This document shows positions 58,901 through 64,000 of a stretch of DNA of 64,000 nucleotides, one piece after another. How positions within the stretch are numbered: position 1 is the first letter of the stretch; every line of letters begins with the position of its first letter. The stretch is from a virus, in the IMG/VR virus record IMGVR_UViG_3300032242_000550, positions 1-64,000 of that record; one strand, given 5' to 3'. Both the position numbers and the translations under genes were made by a program. The notes below the pieces were generated by a model. That model ran no database searches. It saw nothing but the letters and a program-made list of their open reading frames with translations, and had not been told where the DNA came from.

Positions 58901-61900
58901 TCATTTACACTCTGTGCATATACAAAATTACCAACATTTGCTAAAGATTCATTATATACTGATAGGTAATCAAACATATATACTGCACCGGCATTCTTAT
59001 ATGTGTCTACCCACTGAGTAGCATTATTGTCAAACAATGTGTCGTTGTCATAATTCTCATCATCGGTACTATCAAACGTTGTTGCTTCATAACGTGTACT
59101 AGTAGGTGCACTTACAACAAATGAATCAAATTCATTAAACTTTACTACACTACCAAATTGTGTTGTACCTTGACTATGTGGATCATTAATTACTTGAGTA
59201 AGAGTATATACATTAAATCCTAATTCAGCCCACGTGGCACTATTTAATACAGCAATACTAAGCTTATTATTAGATAAAGCTAGTGCATTGTCTATTAAGC
59301 TAATAATTAATTTACCATTAATTGATGTTGATTGTACGTTAGTGATATTTGCGTGATTGATAGCTGTAGATGCATCAACTGCATTACCAACCGGTAATGT
59401 TACTATATAACCATTAATTAATATAGTTCTAGGTGTAGTGATATTACAATCAACTGTACCAATAACCATACCATAACTGCCGCCGCCATTAGTATAACGA
59501 TAAACAGCACCTTCTTGGTTTAGTTCATTCAATTCAAACGGTGCACCAACTAGTATCTCAGTAGCATATGAATTTGTATCTACACTAGTACCAAACTGCA
59601 CACCAATTCTAGGAGTATGTTCTGTTGTTAGTGTTTGGTCAAATACAAAATTATTACTACTGATATTAATAATATCACCTGCTAATAAACTCTGAACTAT
59701 ACTAATAGTAGATCCTACAGTGTAATATAAAGAATCACTAATTACAGTGCCATTAACTGATACATAAAGAGGTGTATCTTGTTGTACCGCACTCATTGAT
59801 CCAGTAAGTGTAGACAATTGTAAAACCGATCCTCCACGTGTAGCGGATACTGTAAATGAATTACTAGTTGGCTTTGTTAGTACATAATAAACTGTATTCA
59901 ATGATACCCCACCGTATACATTACCGGTGAATATAATTGGTGTACCTATTAGTAAACTAGATACACTATTAAGTGATGTAAATGCATCAGATGTAGAATC
60001 TGTAGAAGTAATGTCAGTTATAGTTGTTGTATACGGTGTCCATGCCAATGTGAATGTTTGTGGAACATAAGGTATACTTGTAAATTGTGCTTCAACGTTT
60101 TGTGTAGTTCTGTTATATACATATGTATAACCCCAATTATCTATTTCAGGACTATAGTTTTTAGTTGGGGTACCTATTACTACAGTACTACCGTAATAAT
60201 CAGTTGCAATTGAATGACCAAAACTTTCAGATGGTGTTAACCCTCTGTTAATTACAGTAGAATATTCATATAAACCAGTGGTACTAGATAAACGGTAAAC
60301 ATATACTAAACTAGCAGATGATGTAATTGCTGAGATATATAACCACTTAGTATCACCCGAAATAGCAACAGAGCTACCCCAATTTGTAACACCAGCTGGT
60401 GCTGATATATAGTAAGGAGCCCATGGTTGATTTGGTATAGGATCAATTACAGCAGAACTTAATGGAACCAATTGGTCAAGTAACGTATTGGTTATTAATT
60501 TATATATATAAACACGTGGTGTACCTGTAGGTTGTGATATGACATATATATCATTACTATGTTGAATAGTAGTACCATATGTTGTAGTACCAGTTAGTGT
60601 TTGTCTCAATTCATATCTATTAAACAATTGGTTAAAGACATAACGATATGCTTCACCGGCAACTGCATCACCTACTAGATATCCTAAGGTATCTGTATAA
60701 GCCACCGCACTACCAAATGTTTCTGAACCTTCTTTAACTAATTCACTGTCATAGAGATAATTTAGACTTTTACGATATACTGCCCAATCACCATTGGTAT
60801 CTGTATCTACCCAAACTTTATTTTTAACAAATTCACTATTCAATAACGGTAAATTTATAATATCGCTTGGGTTATCTACACGTTGTGATTGGAACTTAAA
60901 TCCAATGCCCTGACCAGTTATTGTAGTGATTGCTGGATCTAGTGTTACATTAACTAAAACACTGTTTAGGTCTATTACTGTATTAACTATATAATAACCA
61001 TTCAAGCTAGTATTAAAATTAACAACAGCAAAAGGCTGATATTTTGTTAAGCCGTGTGGATTATTAAACACTAAAGTTGCAGTACCATTTAAGTTATTCT
61101 TTGCAAATATTATTGAACCCAAACTTACTGGGGTCATTACTTGCCAAGTACCTTGATAATCAGCTAACCAAACATATTGACCTACATATAGTTTTGATAT
61201 AGGTGTTACACTACCACTAGGTGAGGTACTGTTTGCTAAGTTATAGTAATAGTATGCCGCAATACGCACATCATTGAAATTAACATAACCTGCAGTTGGG
61301 AATAACGTTGAAGGTGAATCTGGTGGTAATAATGGTAATACATTTGTATTAGTAATAGGACGACCATAATTATATAGACTATATAACGGAACTTCTTGTT
61401 GTACTCCGTCTGTAGGTACTCCATTAGTTAGCCCAACAATACATGGGTTACCTGTTAATTCAGATTGATTAAGTTTAAAATCAATAAAGTTGCTGTTTAA
61501 TACACCACCAAACTCTCCTGACTTAATAGCCCAATTTTCATAGATATTATAGTCAATACCACCTTGTGGTAAGTTTGCACCCTTAAAGGCGCTGGCTGCA
61601 TTTAATGTACCTTTGTTCTTAATAAAGTTTTTATAAACATTAATTTGAGTAATTTCAGTTAGGTCAACTAATGCTAAGTAATCACGTGGACGATAACCAA
61701 TTAAACTGAAACTTAATAGGTCTGCATCGTTTTCTAAATTAGGACGATTTACATCATAGTATAGTGTACTTTCAAATGAACGTGTACTTGTATTAGGTAA
61801 TAATCCTTTTTGAATTTCATTATAAGGAGTTTCTTTCCACTCACGTTCTTCAAACACTTCTTTAGGTTGTATGATAGTAAGAGCTATCCAATATTTGTTT

Positions 61901-63999
61901 TTATACTTAACTATACTACCAGTTGTATATTTTACTGTCTTGTTCCAATCAAGTATATTATCTTGATTTAAGATAAAGCCTTGTGCATCAACTGTACCAT
62001 TCCATTCAGCAGTTTTCGCACCACGTACTAATATACGATTTTGACGTAACCCTGTAGGCAAATTATATATGACATCGGCAAACAATGTTACATTATCAAA
62101 CACGATACCATGTTCAAAGTTACTAATATTAAATTGTCCATATGCAACAGTATCACCTTGATTCAAAGGTTGTGCAGTAAATAATGTTCCATCACGTACT
62201 ATACTTAAATCGGTACTTTGTATTGGATATAAATTTTGATTTAGTAAAAAGTTCTGTTTTTGTAATGTCAATGGCTGAACTATATAGCTATCTTTATTGA
62301 TAGAAATAAGATTAGAAGCTGGATTGATATTAACAATACTACCTACTTCCCAACCACACTGTGCCCAATATAAGTATTCGGCTACCATTTGTTTCCAACT
62401 TACTTCTAGGCCAGATTCAATTTGGTCAAATAACACACCCTGACTTGCTAAATATCTGCCGTAACCATCTAAAAATTGTGCTACTTCTTGTACTGTAACA
62501 AACTCAGTTCCATACGCTACTAATTGCGGAGTGTCGTAATAATTTTTAGCCAGTTGTACACTTAACCCTTGTACAGATACTCGTTCATAGTTACCATTAA
62601 TTTTTGGTTTTAATATTTTAAAATATGCATTAGTTTGACTATTACCATATACTTTATAACCAGTCTCTGTCAATTGCACAACCACACCGCTATATACGAT
62701 TTTATCAAAAGGTTGATTGTCATACAACAATACTTGATAGCTTTCGTCAGGTATCAATAGACTACTATTGTTACTATTGGCAGTTGATTTTTCAACATAA
62801 AATTTTAATAAATTCTTATCACTAAACCCAGCTAATCTATAAACCAATCTGACATCTATGTTGTTTAACAAATCAGTAATATTAGTAGTTGCGTCAACAC
62901 CTGCTTGTTTTTCGTAGTCAACAATCCAGTTGATATAACTTGTTTTAGCTATACCATTACCATAGATTTCTACATCACTTATAACTAAATGACTTCTATC
63001 GTTTACCAAATATTGACCAAATTCTGTATTATATTTGTAGTTGTCAATATCTACACCCAGATTATAGAATTCTGCTGGTTTAGTTAATGCCAATATACGC
63101 ATTAAATCAAAAGGCCAGCTACTACTTCTACGATAGCTGAATTCAGCAGGTCCAACATCACCCACTACCCAATCACGATTAAATGATGTATTGCTATAGT
63201 TACCTACAATAGAAACAAAAGGTGATACTAGATTACCTTGACTATCTACAGGTAACACTTGTAATAATTCTGGACGTATTGCGCTAGGTATCACGACTGG
63301 ATGTCCGTTATTATAATCAATACCTTGAGCTAAGTCATTCCATAATATTAAGTTATCACTAGTATATGGTGCCATACCATATCTACTTGTCCACCAAGTT
63401 GGTTCATCTGTATAACCCAACATCTCCCATGGACTAGTATCTGGATTACTAGTATCATAGAAATATTCATATATACCTCTCCAATAACCTTGAGGTATAA
63501 CTGCTCCGTTTATCTTATTACCACTTTGGTTATAGTTGTATGAATATTGATTGTTAGAACTATAGAATTGTTTTTTATAATTAATTCTATTTTGTCCAAC
63601 CCAATCTAAGAAGCTAGTTGAATAAATCTCTAATATTTCATCATAACTATAATCAGTATCTCTAAAGAAGCCTGGTAATATTTCATATTCTTGAATTGGA
63701 ATAATATTACTTAATTTTAAGTTATTATAGATACGTTTCTCAAACTCAAGTAATACCTGATCTCTAAAATCAAACAATATACCATCAATATATTCACCAT
63801 ATAACTTATTATATGAACCATCATGCCCTACAATAAAATACGTAGGTTGATAATATGATGAATCTAGTACAACTGTTGGTATAGTAGATGGGTATAATCC
63901 CAATTTCGTTGGTGTATTAGGGACATAACTACCGTATGTTTGATTATATTCTTTAATAGTAATTTGATCGCCGGCATTTAAATCTAATGTAACTGTTAA
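49963..63999 (-). CDS. Giant baseplate-wedge / tail protein (more than 4670 aa, start lies beyond the window)
   Basis: Frame stays open from 63903 to the window edge (LTVTLDLNAGDQITIKEY...). YINEVKPYH motif, FG-GAP-like repeats, about 11 TYYV beta modules, SxDGxxW propeller repeats. Confidence 0.8.
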   Translation of the reverse strand, partial: LTVTLDLNAGDQITIKEYNQTYGSYVPNTPTKLGLYPSTIPTVVLDSSYYQPTYFIVGHDGSYNKLYGEYIDGILFDFRDQVLLEFEKRIYNNLKLSNIIPIQEYEILPGFFRDTDYSYDEILEIYSTSFLDWVGQNRINYKKQFYSSNNQYSYNYNQSGNKINGAVIPQGYWRGIYEYFYDTSNPDTSPWEMLGYTDEPTWWTSRYGMAPYTSDNLILWNDLAQGIDYNNGHPVVIPSAIRPELLQVLPVDSQGNLVSPFVSIVGNYSNTSFNRDWVVGDVGPAEFSYRRSSSWPFDLMRILALTKPAEFYNLGVDIDNYKYNTEFGQYLVNDRSHLVISDVEIYGNGIAKTSYINWIVDYEKQAGVDATTNITDLLNNIDVRLVYRLAGFSDKNLLKFYVEKSTANSNNSSLLIPDESYQVLLYDNQPFDKIVYSGVVVQLTETGYKVYGNSQTNAYFKILKPKINGNYERVSVQGLSVQLAKNYYDTPQLVAYGTEFVTVQEVAQFLDGYGRYLASQGVLFDQIESGLEVSWKQMVAEYLYWAQCGWEVGSIVNINPASNLISINKDSYIVQPLTLQKQNFLLNQNLYPIQSTDLSIVRDGTLFTAQPLNQGDTVAYGQFNISNFEHGIVFDNVTLFADVIYNLPTGLRQNRILVRGAKTAEWNGTVDAQGFILNQDNILDWNKTVKYTTGSIVKYKNKYWIALTIIQPKEVFEEREWKETPYNEIQKGLLPNTSTRSFESTLYYDVNRPNLENDADLLSFSLIGYRPRDYLALVDLTEITQINVYKNFIKNKGTLNAASAFKGANLPQGGIDYNIYENWAIKSGEFGGVLNSNFIDFKLNQSELTGNPCIVGLTNGVPTDGVQQEVPLYSLYNYGRPITNTNVLPLLPPDSPSTLFPTAGYVNFNDVRIAAYYYYNLANSTSPSGSVTPISKLYVGQYVWLADYQGTWQVMTPVSLGSIIFAKNNLNGTATLVFNNPHGLTKYQPFAVVNFNTSLNGYYIVNTVIDLNSVLVNVTLDPAITTITGQGIGFKFQSQRVDNPSDIINLPLLNSEFVKNKVWVDTDTNGDWAVYRKSLNYLYDSELVKEGSETFGSAVAYTDTLGYLVGDAVAGEAYRYVFNQLFNRYELRQTLTGTTTYGTTIQHSNDIYVISQPTGTPRVYIYKLITNTLLDQLVPLSSAVIDPIPNQPWAPYYISAPAGVTNWGSSVAISGDTKWLYISAITSSASLVYVYRLSSTTGLYEYSTVINRGLTPSESFGHSIATDYYGSTVVIGTPTKNYSPEIDNWGYTYVYNRTTQNVEAQFTSIPYVPQTFTLAWTPYTTTITDITSTDSTSDAFTSLNSVSSLLIGTPIIFTGNVYGGVSLNTVYYVLTKPTSNSFTVSATRGGSVLQLSTLTGSMSAVQQDTPLYVSVNGTVISDSLYYTVGSTISIVQSLLAGDIINISSNNFVFDQTLTTEHTPRIGVQFGTSVDTNSYATEILVGAPFELNELNQEGAVYRYTNGGGSYGMVIGTVDCNITTPRTILINGYIVTLPVGNAVDASTAINHANITNVQSTSINGKLIISLIDNALALSNNKLSIAVLNSATWAELGFNVYTLTQVINDPHSQGTTQFGSVVKFNEFDSFVVSAPTSTRYEATTFDSTDDENYDNDTLFDNNATQWVDTYKNAGAVYMFDYLSVYNESLANVGNFVYAQSVNDINETYGSQPLYGHALEFNASHVVIGTPNFKPTTVAGQIVTYINTTGTPDWSVYRSSSPVVDINRIQNIQLYSASTNNTLDNLDYIDPLQGKILGSVRQNIDVVSNVDPAGYNSPNVNKGAMVWGTAQLGQIWFNTSTTRFVNYHQNDIVYNSKWWGQVFPGSDITVYSWITSNVLPIAYPGPGTPYNIDSYAIEYVLNATGVLAPVYFYWVRNTNIIFTKQGKTLSDNIIQSYIASPTNSGISYFSPLEQDIFALYNCGSNINANDTVLHIGFSTGTNDDVSHGLYSLIRTKYADDFLPGLPSTTGLDVPESLYDRMLDSLCGVDESGAVVPDPYLPKPVQYGIYARPRQSFFVNRFLALKNYLTYANEVLAQYPIAETRHSNFLFDNDNGAYNPSTLDNPQWLGPVTLIYDTTNYWNYINWWATGYDNNTKSALQVPMYADLSTIDATPGLIVTVAANGDGKSETYVYTNTNVWERIGLQNGTIEFSSSLWDYSSARLGFGDNFFDTTPYDTYPSRETRNIVRALNEEIYTNELLIYRNNSLILLFEYIQSETIEAQNYLPWLNKTSFVDVGHTIRELLPLEVFQSDNQDFLSGYINEVKPYHVVIKDFLFKYTGTDVYPGLITDFDLPAQYNTDVQQFITPELVYANPSGINQYLPSDPIWQTELYSQWFNNYGLSITGVKNYKITVSVSYITLNSNVLVVDNAYGFPINGTILIGEELIGYSSVDSSTSTLSGLTRGVDGTTISTHLPGEIITIDLPAVLVLNGGRGYATAPRVVAYIDPMYPAPRREAVLQAVMNLDSILRIDVIDAGEGYAVLPKIVIEPSISVNFASTDVSTVTDIILLPAPSLQTGDLIKYTVGADTTPVGGLEVDQYYYVNVLENTPTFAIGLYTSYGDAINDTNRVVFYNAGFGSNNTLSVTPRASCVTTSVPTRENQITLKFDRTSYNASLTDWVSGAFYGSAYAGSYTNAQNIASSGIILSSTQPSINTILASSQGATLEIQNLTNNETLTWSSRTRNVISTVASTDVITIAPSTGGAPDAGYVGPTTGFYVNMPVKFQGAVGSSLLVNNTTYYVKSILNETDITISATIGGGTFQLGDATISSAGLLMYVGETTDTAIVTLFYPGILTATTTTGTTNTITIPLNATGSGGTSGFYNGLPIFFTGNVFGGVIDNETYYVTTVINDTTFTMSTSTDPVMINVTSTTSSGNFVNCETTLGLSVNDPIIFTNLAVTSGSTNIIAGTTYYVSTITNAVQFQLSTTINGAVFNPGTSTVTMIGTNQKNTVKLSSGTGSMICNAGIPLSPGQINGQQFTFYPTTNFVTGLSGTNGNLIERTIDNATSSGNYLSISSVSGGLSNIYVNMPFTVPTNYSTLIGGTTYYVAGLGTVQTQVTSTSASNVITCTTTNGFYGNMAVMFTGAAFGGIVLDTTYYVLPGSITSTQFKISLTPSGSEVDLTGDSGSNLTVTGQPYITISDTLGGGIKTLTDESTDIVLTQEILLSPTVNVRTILGGYESLLIGSTLGYAVNNTITILGTLIGGTTPANDLVITVTGIGTNGQIASFISSGTPNEIVEKYYLKVITATTCGLYSDPLLQMPVSGIGLEYNAGDYIVLPEPFSLNQSIVKYNNRVYQCIISNNDTQFVFGKWEEISSDNSNLNALDRIVGYYAPTVNMPGLDLTQLVDGITYPNSTYMGNAFAPADEFPLDTILEDRPFSPTEVDVTSVTWNGSRYLTSANTPTYSDIATSTTGSTWLSNKITEQPVALSDILYNGSKYVVSSQNTATPIFVSTDGVVWASTGLTAGSVSIGSTSLNSVAYLNSVYVGVGTSIVSSSDAFTWVERYNVTAVTLYCVSGIAITNYNGFIAVGTGPDYSVIPTGSKSVILQSLNGITWTNVTPSALTPTLHGVTSGNGLIVVIGNNGTILTSINGSNWTNISSGSQSLIDIVYSSSLGFFIIVGRSGYIGKLNGNVLTTVTSGTTQDLNSVIWNNTVGEFIATGNNNVILKSTNGTMWTSSNIFVTEPTVYDIVGDEFTAGYGPEELVPGVVTDNLTMIVNTRPGTNWDADIYQHVGYNVMTKQITPVTGQLIFSFDGLIQTPAQLSVYNVNGATQLATRLYSPSFSVNWITKTITLATPLSMGNSLMIEVYEVGNGYQLEKSNSQADPIRTNDTTGFNEIYLNCNYSATLNSGSGLIRPGTQPINVIATETDSVTDTILCENVEYFTLNDQIVFQGGVFGNIVADTHYYVKTISTITNRITISATNVNGVAGPTFALSTDTGSMVVELQIGSGAPWTDPIVYHNGTKLVSGHTLTITSTSSSTNTITCNTTNGVAVNDTIVFSDTIFCPQISSLTTYYVKTIVDGTNFTISSTLGGPTLTLTTHVGGAVAVTNDYTFGITDNGITAKLVFAAQYDDSVDYLTYTVFGETFGIQYGYTVPETEKFVATAGQTTFILTNYVSGDNPTNAIVEKNGIRLSSGYSINDTTNVLTLTTGASLNDVIAVTSYNLTNRQYFNTQYDLSGKSVVSISGISNQITTPLATTYVTDTTISTDGVRPNQLTCTSTNGFIVNQTVQFKGISIANILTDGTVYYINSIVDPTHFTISATLGGPVYTITSTSSGNMVTTVGGQPAVRVTTSTAHNLSTNNVIRINGTVGSVQLNNNTYYVHVINTTQVDLYEIAYSASLTAINIPITNVSTYVSGGYIWQNTSFIINNYWDQINVNRLWVTVNGYRVPPASLYLNNNNNLSILVPIVSSDKITITSMVPNATPNELVYIQNVNKNGFGTVFRANSNTTTWLVEPLNYTDETIYVADVTRITDTVVQNVIAPAVVSGVTSISLNADKNTISQVIVYNTTTSSYVSSSHYSVVVIDLAPVLEITSQVSTGDQLVITTIMGNLLYINGEQIRFTTVDLDNNTITGLQRGANGTGEQTYIPLYTEVYGILSTNLLPEPEYNVTWNSNVYNVVEGDPLQISETMAAYFLNTDVS

Positions 64000-64000
64000 T

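Noticed and set aside
1-64000. Stop-codon reassignment as seen in some large phages
   Set aside because: Genes are full length and densely packed in the standard code; TAA, TGA and TAG (for example 26759) all end genes.

Overview
AT-rich, densely coded segment of a large T4-like tailed phage (myovirus-type) genome in the standard genetic code. Almost all genes are on the minus strand; one two-gene island (32208-34015) is on the plus strand. From left to right: (i) a gp32-like ssDNA-binding protein truncated at the left edge, putative head-internal proteins and the large terminase; (ii) a tail fibre, small virion proteins and a spanin cassette; (iii) thyA followed by a sugar dehydratase, a DegT aminotransferase and a radical SAM gene; (iv) an early region with near-consensus sigma70 promoters and a MoxR AAA+/vWA pair; (v) a run of separately promoted and terminated accessory units: a variable-loop repeat protein, a porin, a 2OG-Fe(II) oxygenase and a circularly permuted two-piece tmRNA of alphaproteobacterial type with tag ANDSQYLLAANA; (vi) a ~19 kb late cluster (28-47 kb) of glycosyltransferase-like, nucleotide-sugar, methyltransferase, sulfotransferase-like and four radical SAM genes directly downstream of tail genes; (vii) tail and baseplate genes including a protein of more than 4670 aa that runs off the right edge. 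The best candidates for undescribed biology are the putative virion glycan-tailoring system (with a repeat-rich pseudo-glycosyltransferase scaffold and a domain-permuted radical SAM pair), the permuted tmRNA with a non-canonical degradation tag, and a late-expression design using near-leaderless mRNAs and start-sequestering hairpins. All calls come from motifs read by eye; no database searches were run.
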